Shown here in pieces: positions 16,922 through 25,753 of a stretch of DNA of 64,000 bases (position 1 is its first letter; each line of letters begins with the position of its first letter). Source of the DNA: Nanobdellota archaeon (GTDB lineage Archaea; Nanobdellota; Nanobdellia; Pacearchaeales; GW2011-AR1). A program made the translations under genes and the position numbers. Location of the stretch: positions 41,526 through 105,525 of the forward strand of contig JAHJSH010000029.1 of NCBI GenBank assembly GCA_018830525.1. The letters run 5' to 3'. Under the pieces are notes generated by a model that ran no database searches, was not told the origin of the DNA, and was given only the letters and a program-made list of their open reading frames with translations.

Positions 16922-17998
16922 ATGAAAAAAGTTAAGGATACTTTGAAAAAAATGGGGGAGAAAAGTAATTCAGGAATTAAAAAAGCTGGTTTAGAATTAG
17001 CTAAGGAAAAAATGACCAAAGAAGGTTATGGGATGGTCGGGGATCATAGTGCCGTAAAAGTATGTCTTTGGACTAAGCATTCAATTCGTGGAGATAGGGG
17101 TTGTTGGAAAGAAAAGTTTTATGGAATTAGCTCTGCCGGGTGTTGTCAAATGACGCCGAGTTTATTTCATTGTGAGAACAAATGTCTTCACTGCTGGAGA
17201 GACTTAACGTATACATTTAATAAAAGTATTGAGAATCCTGATGACCCTAAAAAAATTCTTGATGGAATTGTTGCAGTTCGGAAAGATTTGTTGATGGGAT
17301 TTAAGGGTCGTGAGGGAATTGATATGAAGAAGTTTGAGGAAGCACTTGAGCCAAAGTTGTATACGCTGAGTTTGTCTGGAGAGCCTACGCTTTATCCCCG
17401 GCTTGGCGAGATGTTTGCGGAGATTCGGAAGCGAGGCGCTGTTAGTTTTTTAGTTACAAATGGTTTGAATCCAGAAGTAATTAGAAATCTTTCTACTCTT
17501 CCGACACAGATTACTGTTTCTACAAATGCTCCGAATGAGAAATTGTTTTTGAAGTGGCATCGATCTACGAAGAAAGAGGCTTGGAATGTTTTTAATGAAA
17601 CGCTTGATGTTATTCGAGGATTGGGAAGGGCGCCCTCGGGCATACCCTCTGAGGAGGGCAAAGTTAGGCGGGTGATTAGATTGACTTTGGTTGATAAGGG
17701 AAAAGAAGGGAAATTTAAAGATATGACGAATATGACTGAGGAGAATGTAGGAGAGTATTGCGATTTGATTAGGAAGGCGGAGCCTGATTTTGTTCATGTT
17801 AAGGGATATAAGTCTGTTGGGTATGCTCGTCCTCGGATGGGTTATGATAATCAGCCTTGGTTTGAAGCGGTTAAGGAATATGCTTTGAAGATTGAGAAAA
17901 AGTTAGAGGATTATGAGGTTGCGGCGGAAGATGAGAGATGTTGTGTTGTTATGTTGAAGCGGAAAGGTGGAATAGATTTGAAGATTGATAAGGTTTAG
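16922..17998 (+). CDS. taw1: tRNA 4-demethylwyosine synthase (TYW1/Taw1), radical SAM
   Basis: CENKCLHC cluster motif; SLSGEPTLYP; VKGYKSVGYAR. Confidence 0.8.
   Translation: MKKVKDTLKKMGEKSNSGIKKAGLELAKEKMTKEGYGMVGDHSAVKVCLWTKHSIRGDRGCWKEKFYGISSAGCCQMTPSLFHCENKCLHCWRDLTYTFNKSIENPDDPKKILDGIVAVRKDLLMGFKGREGIDMKKFEEALEPKLYTLSLSGEPTLYPRLGEMFAEIRKRGAVSFLVTNGLNPEVIRNLSTLPTQITVSTNAPNEKLFLKWHRSTKKEAWNVFNETLDVIRGLGRAPSGIPSEEGKVRRVIRLTLVDKGKEGKFKDMTNMTEENVGEYCDLIRKAEPDFVHVKGYKSVGYARPRMGYDNQPWFEAVKEYALKIEKKLEDYEVAAEDERCCVVMLKRKGGIDLKIDKV
17630..17663 (+). repeat. family-3 GC-rich two-hairpin module in-frame in TYW1
   Basis: GCGCCCTCGGGCATACCCTCTGAGGAGGGCAAAG, encoding RAPSGIPSEEGK. Confidence 0.75.
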
Positions 17999-18025
17999 GA
18001 TGGAATGAATTTATTTGGACTTAGC

Positions 18026-18463
18026 CTAAATTCCAATTTTCTCAACATCTTCTGACTTTAGAGGACGACTGCCATGCCCAGAAAAATCAATTAAGTAACA
18101 AATACTCTCAGGGTCATTTTCCATTATAACATTATAAACACTCTCCTTTAATGTCCGATTTCTTATCCATTCATTTATTATGGGAAAGATTTCTTCGGTC
18201 GAATTATTAAAATACCCACAATAAATCATACCTTTCATCTTTTGGTTGAATTCTTCATCGTCTCCCAATATGGGCGTTTCTTTTCCTTCACTATACTTCC
18301 TCCCACTTGCAAGGGTAGCATTTTCTATTCCAATTCTTTTCATTAAGGATTGAAAATTTGCATATTGTTCTTTCAGTTTTCTTTGTAGAGAATTTAATTT
18401 ATCTCTTTCAGATTTTATCTCTTTCATTTTATTTGAATAGAATTGAGAACTAGGGTTTTTCAT
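18026..18463 (-). CDS. hypothetical protein
   Basis: ORF; ATG 18463 chosen, 1 nt after the stop of the upstream gene. Confidence 0.4.
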   Translation of the reverse strand: MKNPSSQFYSNKMKEIKSERDKLNSLQRKLKEQYANFQSLMKRIGIENATLASGRKYSEGKETPILGDDEEFNQKMKGMIYCGYFNNSTEEIFPIINEWIRNRTLKESVYNVIMENDPESICYLIDFSGHGSRPLKSEDVEKIGI

Positions 18464-18464
18464 T

Positions 18465-18818
18465 TTACAAAAATATAACACCGTCCTTAGTAAGCGCGGT
18501 AAACCTGATTCCGACAGGTAGAGAAAGTAATGCAGATTGGAGAGCCATATGTTCCTTTCCATTTCCAGATGCGATAGAGAGTGCGACCTCTAGGTTGTTG
18601 AATTTCCCTGCGAGTTTTTTTTCAAGTTCTTTCTTTAATGGAATAAGAGGTTTATCTGTGTCAAATTCGATAAAGTCGAAAGCTTCTCCTTGGACTGTGA
18701 ATTCTTTTGCGAATGCTGGGCCGAGGACTATTACTTTTTCCCATTCACCTTTTTGGATTAGGCCTGCGACTTGTCCCCAAGTTCCTTTTCCGGTCGATAA
18801 TAATGCTACTAATTCCAT
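18465..18818 (-). CDS. hypothetical small alpha/beta protein
   Basis: ORF preceded by Shine-Dalgarno GGAGGTG about 10 nt upstream of the ATG. Confidence 0.45.
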   Translation of the reverse strand: MELVALLSTGKGTWGQVAGLIQKGEWEKVIVLGPAFAKEFTVQGEAFDFIEFDTDKPLIPLKKELEKKLAGKFNNLEVALSIASGNGKEHMALQSALLSLPVGIRFTALTKDGVIFL

Positions 18819-18937
18819 TGCCTAGGACACCTCCGGTTTCCTAAGGCTTCACCTTCCCGCTGAATTAGTCCACTACGCTCGGTATACATAGTTTAAGAAA
18901 ATATTTTTAGTTTATAATGATTTATGTGATGGTTTTA

Positions 18938-19062
18938 TTAGTCTTATGGCAGAGCCACGCGAGTAATTCGTTCTCGTTGAAACTTGCTGCGAATTTTATG
19001 TGATTTGTTATAAGGTCGCCTTCGGGCATACCCCTGCTGCGAGCAAGGGCAAGTTTTATAAA
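18938..19062 (+). repeat. mosaic element: family-2, then family-3 module, then TATA box, upstream of rpl1
   Basis: TTAGTCTTATGGCAGAGCCACGCGAGTAATTCGTTCTCGTTGAAACTTGCTGCGAATTTTATGTG ... GTCGCCTTCGGGCATACCCCTGCTGCGAGCAAGGGCAAGTTTTATAAA. Confidence 0.8.
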
Positions 19063-19147
19063 CCAAATTTTCACTAGGTTATTACTACTGTTAGTAGAAG
19101 GTTTAATACCGCGCGAGAAATCGTTAATTCTAACAGTCTTAAATATC

Positions 19148-19798
19148 ATGGAAATCAAAGCGGCATTGGCTGAATTAAGAAAGGAAAAGAAACGAAAGTT
19201 TGTACAGACGGTAGACCTAGTTATGAACTTGAAGAATTTTGATGTTCGAAAAGAGGCTCTTAATACTTTTATTACAGTTCCTCATCCAAGTGAGAAGAAA
19301 TTGGCGGCGTTTTTTACTAAGCGAAGTAAGTTAATTGATACGATTACTCCTGAAGATTTTGTTAAGTACAAGGAATCGAAGGATATCAAGAAATTAGCGA
19401 AGAAGTATGATGCGTTTATCGCGGTTGCTCCATTGATGGGAAAAATTGCTACAACATTTGGCCGAGTATTTGGTCCGATGAATCGAATGCCTTCTCCGCA
19501 AGCAGGGATTATCCCGAAGGAAGAGGAAGAGATGATTAATATGATGATTGGAAAAATGAAGAAGTCTATCCGAGTTAAGAATAAAGAGATGGCGATTAAG
19601 TTGCCAGTCGGAAAAGAAAATATGAGCGACGATGATTTGAAGGAGAATATCGAGGCAGTTATTAAAGGTCTTACTAAGATTCTTCCACGAGGGAATGATA
19701 ATGTTAGGGAAGTTTTAATTAAATTCACGATGACCAAACCAATTGCAGTCGTTAGTGCTACCAAGCGTACCCCAACTGAAGTGGGGGCAAAGAAGTAA
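19148..19798 (+). CDS. rpl1: ribosomal protein L1
   Basis: FVQTVDLVMNLKNFD ... FDAFIAVAPLMGKI; rpl1-rpl10-rpl12 order. Confidence 0.9.
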   Translation: MEIKAALAELRKEKKRKFVQTVDLVMNLKNFDVRKEALNTFITVPHPSEKKLAAFFTKRSKLIDTITPEDFVKYKESKDIKKLAKKYDAFIAVAPLMGKIATTFGRVFGPMNRMPSPQAGIIPKEEEEMINMMIGKMKKSIRVKNKEMAIKLPVGKENMSDDDLKENIEAVIKGLTKILPRGNDNVREVLIKFTMTKPIAVVSATKRTPTEVGAKK

Positions 19799-19799
19799 G

Positions 19800-20696
19800 A
19801 TGAAAAATTTAGTTATCGAAAATACTGCTCCGGAACATGATACTACTACCCATGTGAGTGAAGCAAAGAAAGCGAAAGTTAAGGAGTTGGCGGAGTTGAT
19901 GAAAAAGAAAACTGTTATGGTTATTTCAGTTAAGGGTTTGCCGTCGGCGCAGTTTCAGGATATTAAGAAAAAGTTGAGAAGCAAAGCGAAAATTCAGGTA
20001 GTTAAGAAGAGTTTAGTTAAGTTTGCTTTAGATCACTGTGGAATAAAAGAACTACATGGTCTTGTTAAGTATGTTGAGGATTCTACTGCAATGTTATTTT
20101 CTGATAGGGATGCTTTTGAGATTTCGGGGATTTTAGCGGATGAGAAAAGTCCGGCAAAAGCTAAGGCTGGACAGATTGCTCCGAGCGATATTGAAGTTAA
20201 GGCGGGTCCGACAAGTTTGTTACCCGGGCCAGATATTTCTGCATTGAGTGCGGTGGGTTTAATCCCAAAGGTAGAGAATGGTAAAATTGCGGTGATGAAA
20301 GATAAGATTATTGTTAAGAAAGGTCAGGAGATTAGTGATGCTCACGCTTCGATTATGGCAAAGTTAGACATTATTCCTTTCGAGGTTGGAGTTGATCCTG
20401 TTGCTGCTTTTGATGGGGATGAGAAGAAAGTTTATGCAGATATTAAGATTGACAAAGAAGCAATGATTGAAGCGATTATGAGCGATTATGCTCGAGGATT
20501 GGCTTTTGCTGTTGAGATTGCTTATCCTTCGGCGGACACAATTAGTTTTATTTTAGGGAAAGCAGCAATTCAAGGGGACGCAATTGATGCTTTGATCGGA
20601 GAGGAAAAAGTTGAAGAAGTCACAGAGGAAAAAGAAGCCCCTGTAGAAAATACTGATGAAGTAAAGGCTGACGAGGCAGTTACTGAATCACAATAA
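19800..20696 (+). CDS. rpl10: ribosomal protein L10 (P0)
   Basis: VSEAKKAKVKELAELMKK ... GLPSAQFQDIKKKLR; ATG 19800. Confidence 0.85.
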   Translation: MKNLVIENTAPEHDTTTHVSEAKKAKVKELAELMKKKTVMVISVKGLPSAQFQDIKKKLRSKAKIQVVKKSLVKFALDHCGIKELHGLVKYVEDSTAMLFSDRDAFEISGILADEKSPAKAKAGQIAPSDIEVKAGPTSLLPGPDISALSAVGLIPKVENGKIAVMKDKIIVKKGQEISDAHASIMAKLDIIPFEVGVDPVAAFDGDEKKVYADIKIDKEAMIEAIMSDYARGLAFAVEIAYPSADTISFILGKAAIQGDAIDALIGEEKVEEVTEEKEAPVENTDEVKADEAVTESQ

Positions 20697-20748
20697 AAAA
20701 AAGTAAGTCAAAGACTTTCATGTTTTTGATTTGCAAACAAAACAAAAA

Positions 20749-21036
20749 ATGGAATACACATATGCAGCTCTTTTGTTGCACAAGGTTGGAAAGGATATCA
20801 ATGCTGATAACTTGAAGGCAGTTATTTCCGCGACTGGCGCTGAGGTTGACGAAGCGAAAGTTAAGGTAATGGTTGCATCTTTGAAAGGCGTAGATATTGC
20901 GGACAAGCTTGCAAATGCATCTATCGCGGCAGCTCCGGCAGCTAGCGCAGGCGCAGCAGTAGCAGAAGTAGCAGAAGAAAAGAAAGAAGAACCAAGGGCT
21001 GAAGCAGCTGAAGGTTTGGCTTCATTGTTCGGATAA
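20749..21036 (+). CDS. rpl12: ribosomal stalk protein L12 (P1)
   Basis: MEYTYAALLLHKVGKDIN ... EEKKEE ... GLASLFG C-terminus. Confidence 0.9.
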   Translation: MEYTYAALLLHKVGKDINADNLKAVISATGAEVDEAKVKVMVASLKGVDIADKLANASIAAAPAASAGAAVAEVAEEKKEEPRAEAAEGLASLFG

Positions 21037-21125
21037 ATTTAGATTACTAAATTTGGAAGCAGTGAGGTCTAGTTAGACTTGTTGCTTACGAGGATGAGGC
21101 CTTTGTAGCTTTGTCTTTGGAATGA

Positions 21126-21500
21126 ATGATGGAGGTAGTTGGGGGGAGAAGTTTTGGGAATGTTTTTAAAGTTAATCAGTCTATTTGTTTTATGAAAAGA
21201 AGAAGTCATCGAAGACCTCGGAGGCACAACAATCCCCACCGGAATCATTCGAAACTATTAAAGATTAGTTTTTTCACGAGAAGGCATCCTCTGGCAACAG
21301 GAGTTTTACTTATTATAGCATCTTTACTTACATTCAGATTCTCTCCAGAAATCGGGGAACTAATAGGCTTTGAGGCTGGATTTTGGATATTTCTTCTTGC
21401 ATTAGGATTAGGTATTGCGGGGATATTGGTCTTAGTGGGTTGGTGGAGAAATAATATTTCTAATTTTAATGTCCAAGCTAATCTTAAGTGGAAACATTGA
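21126..21500 (+). CDS. hypothetical membrane protein
   Basis: ORF with basic N-terminus and 2-3 hydrophobic helices; start uncertain. Confidence 0.35.
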   Translation: MMEVVGGRSFGNVFKVNQSICFMKRRSHRRPRRHNNPHRNHSKLLKISFFTRRHPLATGVLLIIASLLTFRFSPEIGELIGFEAGFWIFLLALGLGIAGILVLVGWWRNNISNFNVQANLKWKH

Positions 21501-21744
21501 ATTCTACGCCTCCACCCAGAATCGAACTGGGATTATTCACAATCATGTCTTCGGAATATGATAAATTGTCGAAGACCTAATTGCTCACCCCGAAACAGCC
21601 TGGATTTCAAGAACTTGAAATCCTACGCCCGCACCCAGAATCGAACTGGGATTATTCACAATCATGTCTTCGGAATATGATAAATTGTCGAAGACCTAAT
21701 TGCTCACCCCGAAATAGCCTGACTTTCAAGAACTTGAAATCCTA
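21501..21744 (-). repeat. two 120-bp tandem units, each re-creating the 3' part of the adjacent tRNA-Ser
   Basis: Units 21501-21620 and 21621-21740. Both contain CCCAGAATCGAACTGGGA (T arm, plus strand), a GTCTTCG/CGAAGAC hairpin and GGATTTCAAGAACTTGAAATCC. Confidence 0.9.
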
Positions 21745-21825
21745 CGCCCGCACCCAGAATCGAACTGGGATGCCCCGGAGGGCCTGGATTTCAAGTCCAG
21801 TGCAATACCATTATACGATGCGGGC
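21745..21825 (-). tRNA. tRNA-Ser (anticodon UGA) with long variable arm
   Basis: Acceptor GCCCGCA/TGCGGGC, anticodon arm CTGGA-CTTGAAA-TCCAG, variable arm GCCCTCCGGGGC, T arm CCCAG-TTCGATT-CTGGG. Confidence 0.8.
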
Positions 21826-21932
21826 CTTGCCAATTGCATTCGCAAAGCGAGAGGATTTACTCCGACTATACGATAGAGGCCTAATTGTCTTGGGAGAAGA
21901 AGGTTTTTAAATTTGTTTAACAAACATATTTT

Positions 21933-22133
21933 ATGTTAGAAAATATTTTGAAGAGGGTGAATCTTTTTGACGTTTTGTTCATACTTATTGCATCTATTGC
22001 TATCGTAGGTTTTTGGAGGGGGGTGTGGCATTTAATGGATATATTTGTGTTCCCAAATAACTATATTTGGAGTGCTATTACGACTATATTGGCGGGTATT
22101 TTGATATTAATTATTATGTCGAGATATAAATAA
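21933..22133 (+). CDS. small membrane protein
   Basis: ORF with two hydrophobic helices; TATA-like TTTTTAAA about 29 nt upstream. Confidence 0.4.
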   Translation: MLENILKRVNLFDVLFILIASIAIVGFWRGVWHLMDIFVFPNNYIWSAITTILAGILILIIMSRYK

Positions 22134-22729
22134 TGAAAAAGAGTTTGAATAAAATTTTGAAGAATAAGGCAGTCGCAATATTTATAATAGCTGTCTTGCT
22201 TGTTGGTTTTACATTCTTTGTAATGAAAATGGTAGATAATATTTTTCCCGGAAATACGAAAGTGAAATTAGAGACGAATGTAGGAGATATAGTGATTGAG
22301 TTGTATTCGGATATGCCAGTTACCGCCGGGAATTTTGAGAAATTAGTTCGGGGGGGATTTTATGATGGAATTATTTTTCATAGAGTGATTAAGGATTTTA
22401 TGATTCAGGGGGGCGATCCGACAGGAACTGGCGCGGGTGGACCCGGGTATGTAATTAAGGATGAGTTTGTTGCGGGGCATTCAAATGTTCGTGGGACAAT
22501 CGCAATGGCAAATTCTGGGCCGAATAGTGGGGGGAGTCAGTTCTTTATTAATTTGAGGGATAATTCTCCGCTAGATTATGATGATATGAGACAACCAGAT
22601 AGTAAGCATCCGGTTTTTGGAGAAGTTGTTGAGGGGATGGAAATTGTAGTAGGTATTAGTGAAGCTGCAACGGGTTCGAGAGATAAACCAATTCAAGAAA
22701 TTAAGATAATTAAGGCGACAGTTATTTGA
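22133..22729 (+). CDS. cyclophilin-type peptidyl-prolyl isomerase with N-terminal membrane anchor
   Basis: FHRVIKDFMIQGGDP ... GTIAMANSGPNSGGSQFFI. Confidence 0.9.
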   Translation: MKKSLNKILKNKAVAIFIIAVLLVGFTFFVMKMVDNIFPGNTKVKLETNVGDIVIELYSDMPVTAGNFEKLVRGGFYDGIIFHRVIKDFMIQGGDPTGTGAGGPGYVIKDEFVAGHSNVRGTIAMANSGPNSGGSQFFINLRDNSPLDYDDMRQPDSKHPVFGEVVEGMEIVVGISEAATGSRDKPIQEIKIIKATVI

Positions 22730-23042
22730 TAACTAACTGCCACACTAATGCAATAGTCAAGATTATCCATGGGAAAATATAATCTGCTAAATATCTTATT
22801 TTCTTTCTACTGAAATTATACCCTGCTTTTTCTAATAAGTAGGAGTAAAATGTCATTTCTCTTTTTTTCGTTTTGAATTGTTTTTTTGTTATTACACAAT
22901 CGCCGAATATAAGAAGTTGCGAATAATAAAATAAAATGAAAAGTAATATTATTTTCCAATTAATAAAAAGGGGTGATGTCCAAATTAAAATTATTAGGAA
23001 TAGATGTGTCCAAAAAAGTGGAACTAAAGTTTTAGTTTTCAT
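22722..23042 (-). CDS. small membrane protein
   Basis: ORF with hydrophobic helices; start overlaps the upstream stop. Confidence 0.4.
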   Translation of the reverse strand: MKTKTLVPLFWTHLFLIILIWTSPLFINWKIILLFILFYYSQLLIFGDCVITKKQFKTKKREMTFYSYLLEKAGYNFSRKKIRYLADYIFPWIILTIALVWQLVIK

Positions 23043-24517
23043 CTTATTTTAATTGGTTTAAATTCCTTTAGATATTCAACAGCTTCTTTTAGTTTTGTTT
23101 TACTCTCGCTGTAAATAGTAATTAATGGTTCTCCTTTCCTTATTTTTCCAACATGTTTGTGGAGATATGCCCCTGATGAAACTGTTTCGGGGGTGCCGAG
23201 AGTCCTACATAAGGAGTTAATTCCCTTGTTACTAATTTCAATTATCCTTCCAGTTTTATTTGCCTTGATCATTTTTTTGTATTTTGCTAAATGTAGATCC
23301 CTAACTTTTTTATCAAAATTATTTTTCCCATTTTGGGCATTAATTATTTCTTTGAATTTTTCATATGCTTGTCCGGAAGATAATATTTCTTCTGCTTTTT
23401 TCTTGGAGTTTTTTATTTTGCAAAGACCCATAAGTTCAGAAGCGAGGAATAATGATTTCTCCCTTAAGTCTTTTGGCTGATCGAACTTATTCTGTAATAC
23501 GGAGATAACATCTAACATTTCTAGTGCTGGGCCGAATCCATTTCCAATCGGTTCTGAACCTTTTGTGTGGACCACCTTTAATTTAAGGTTGAAACTTTTT
23601 CCGAGTAGTTTAAACTTTTTTCCAAGAGCTTCGGCTTTTTTTAGGGTTGTTCTCTTCGAGCCTTTCCCATAAGGAATATCAATCAGAATATATTTTGATC
23701 CAGCGGCAACTTTCTTCGAGATTATTGATGCTAGGAGTTGGGGTTCAATATCTAGGTTTAGAAGTCGTTCGACACGAATAATTTTATCGTCCGAGGGAGC
23801 GAGTCCTAATGAACCTCCCCAGGCGAGACATGCTCCAGTTTTTTTTACTATAGTTTTTATTTCATTTATAGAAAGATCCACATTAGAAATCGTCTCGATC
23901 ACGTCAGCTGTTCCGGATGCGGAAGTAATTGCACGAGAAGAGGTTTTTGGGAGAGTTAATCCGGCAGCCGCGCAAATTGCAACGACCAAGGGTGTTGTTC
24001 TATTCCCTGCGATTCCACCAATGCAGTGTTTGTCTGCGATGTACTTCCCGCTGAACTTTAATCTAGCACCAGTTTTTACCATTGCCCGAGTTAAATCGAT
24101 AGTTTCTTCTATAGACATTCCATTTAGTTTTTCTGCTGCAGTAAAATATGCAATCTCTGCTTCAGTCAAATTATTGTGGACGATTTCTGAAATTAGATAA
24201 GTTATTTCTGTTTGAGATAATTTTTTTCCTGCGACTTTCTTTTGGATTAAGTGTGTGGCATCGGAAAGTTCAGAAGTTCTCACCTTGACATAAGATTTAT
24301 TTTTTAATCGGAGAACATTCGATAGTTCCTCAGATAATCCGATTTCTCCATTTTTAATTACCTTTGGAAAGATATCTACAATAGCATAAACTTTTTTGGA
24401 ATTATTAATTTCAACCCGGTCATTTGCAAATACGTTTAATTTTTTTGCAGTATTATCATTAAGAATTGCTACGGGCCTTCCAGCCAACCAATTAAGATTT
24501 TTTATTCTAAGTTTCAT
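23039..24517 (-). CDS. deoA: AMP phosphorylase / archaeal thymidine-phosphorylase family
   Basis: About 490 aa with N-terminal extension; KHCIGGIAGNRTT, SSRAITSASGTAD. Confidence 0.8.
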   Translation of the reverse strand: MKLRIKNLNWLAGRPVAILNDNTAKKLNVFANDRVEINNSKKVYAIVDIFPKVIKNGEIGLSEELSNVLRLKNKSYVKVRTSELSDATHLIQKKVAGKKLSQTEITYLISEIVHNNLTEAEIAYFTAAEKLNGMSIEETIDLTRAMVKTGARLKFSGKYIADKHCIGGIAGNRTTPLVVAICAAAGLTLPKTSSRAITSASGTADVIETISNVDLSINEIKTIVKKTGACLAWGGSLGLAPSDDKIIRVERLLNLDIEPQLLASIISKKVAAGSKYILIDIPYGKGSKRTTLKKAEALGKKFKLLGKSFNLKLKVVHTKGSEPIGNGFGPALEMLDVISVLQNKFDQPKDLREKSLFLASELMGLCKIKNSKKKAEEILSSGQAYEKFKEIINAQNGKNNFDKKVRDLHLAKYKKMIKANKTGRIIEISNKGINSLCRTLGTPETVSSGAYLHKHVGKIRKGEPLITIYSESKTKLKEAVEYLKEFKPIKIR

Positions 24518-24532
24518 CTCTCTTTTGAACGA

Positions 24533-25552
24533 TTACCTTGGTGTAAATAATTCGTTTAATTTACCTTGTTTGTAAAATTCGAGAATAATCAATACATAAG
24601 CTAAAATTAGTGGACCTAAAACAAGGCCTGCGATTCCGAAGACAAATAGGCCCCCAATAGTTCCTATAACGCTTAAGACGATGGGGAGATTTGAGTTTCG
24701 TGAGAGGAAATAAGGTCTCAAGAAGTTATCGATTATAGATACGAATAGTGCCCCGTAAAGAAGGATGAAGATTCCGGAGAATACTTTTCCAGTTGCTAGA
24801 AGAATTATCCCCAGGGGTAGCCAGACAAGCCAAGAACCTAGTACTGGAATTATGGAGACGATGCAAGTGATAACGGTCAATAATAATGCTTTTGGAACTC
24901 CTAAGAAAAATAATCCGGCACCAAGTGTAAGACCCTGTACGATTCCGATGAATACCTGTCCAAATACAATCGCGTTTGTTATCCCCCGGAACTCCTTTAA
25001 GAACTTCTTTTCAGTAGATTTTGAAAATGGGGATAAATCTGAAATGAATTGAGTTAGTTTATCTAAGTCCCTTACTACAAAGTAAAAAGTAAAAAGGAAA
25101 ACTGCAAATTGAAGAAGAAACCTTGGAAGATCCCTTAGAAAGTCTGAAACTCCTCCGACTAATGTTGGGAAGATATTACCAAAGATATTATCTAACTGTA
25201 TTGCCATACTTGTCGCAAGGTCTCCTTCAAAGAATCTTCCGAGAACCTCACTAAAATTCGTGTTTTGAAGAAGCACATATAACTCAAAAATTTGACGTCC
25301 AAGTACCGGGATTAGAAAGATTAATGGAACTACAATCAAGACAGTCAATCCTCCCAGTAAGATAAATGCGGAAATATTGCTTCCTCTGAGAACGTGTTTT
25401 ATTCTTTTATAGACCGGGCTGAAAATGTATCCGAATAAAAGTCCAAAGATGATTGGGATGAGGATAGGTTTTAGAACAATGAAGGCTAAAATGAAAATTC
25501 CTAGGATGAATAAACTTGCCAGTCCTTGTTTTACGATGTGGCTCTTTTCCAT
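24533..25552 (-). CDS. AI-2E (PerM) family transporter
   Basis: Polytopic membrane protein of about 340 aa; IPVLGSWLVWLP ... FLRPYF. Confidence 0.75.
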   Translation of the reverse strand: MEKSHIVKQGLASLFILGIFILAFIVLKPILIPIIFGLLFGYIFSPVYKRIKHVLRGSNISAFILLGGLTVLIVVPLIFLIPVLGRQIFELYVLLQNTNFSEVLGRFFEGDLATSMAIQLDNIFGNIFPTLVGGVSDFLRDLPRFLLQFAVFLFTFYFVVRDLDKLTQFISDLSPFSKSTEKKFLKEFRGITNAIVFGQVFIGIVQGLTLGAGLFFLGVPKALLLTVITCIVSIIPVLGSWLVWLPLGIILLATGKVFSGIFILLYGALFVSIIDNFLRPYFLSRNSNLPIVLSVIGTIGGLFVFGIAGLVLGPLILAYVLIILEFYKQGKLNELFTPR

Positions 25553-25596
25553 ACAATTATAGCGATTAAGAATTTATAAATCTGTGTAATTCTTGG

Positions 25597-25642
25597 GCTG
25601 CCTTCGGGCATACCTTCCCTCGGAGAAGGTAAGTTTTATAAA
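25597..25642 (+). repeat. family-3 module fused to a TATA box
   Basis: GCTGCCTTCGGGCATACCTTCCCTCGGAGAAGGTAAGTTTTATAAA. Confidence 0.75.
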
Positions 25643-25692
25643 TAGAATTTCCATTTTTTAAGGATGATGAAAAAATTATTGGGGGTAAGAGT

Positions 25693-25753
25693 TTTTAGAT
25701 TATGCAATGACAAAGTCCTTGCGAAATTAAAAACTAAAGTTTTGAATTTATGG
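25693..25753 (+). promoter_or_regulatory. family-1 leader cassette
   Basis: TTTTAGATTATGCAATGACAAAGTCCTTGCGAAATTAAAAACTAAAGTTTTGAATTTATGG, about 58 nt downstream of the TATA at 25634. Confidence 0.7.

Noticed and set aside
18826-18900. GC-richer stretch upstream of the 18818 gene as a small RNA gene
   Set aside because: On the minus strand it reads as an ordinary 5' UTR with SD GGAGGTG about 10 nt before the ATG. No repeat copies or convincing structure were found.
21581-21923. ORF-track entries 21581..21910 (+) and 21726..21923 (-)
   Set aside because: They run through the tRNA-Ser gene and its tandem 120-bp repeats, and their reading frames are made of repeat DNA.
23165-23210. CTGTTTCGGGGGTG in the AMP phosphorylase gene resembling the tRNA-Ser repeat unit
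   Set aside because: The match is only about 13 nt and lies in a normally conserved coding segment, so it is probably chance.
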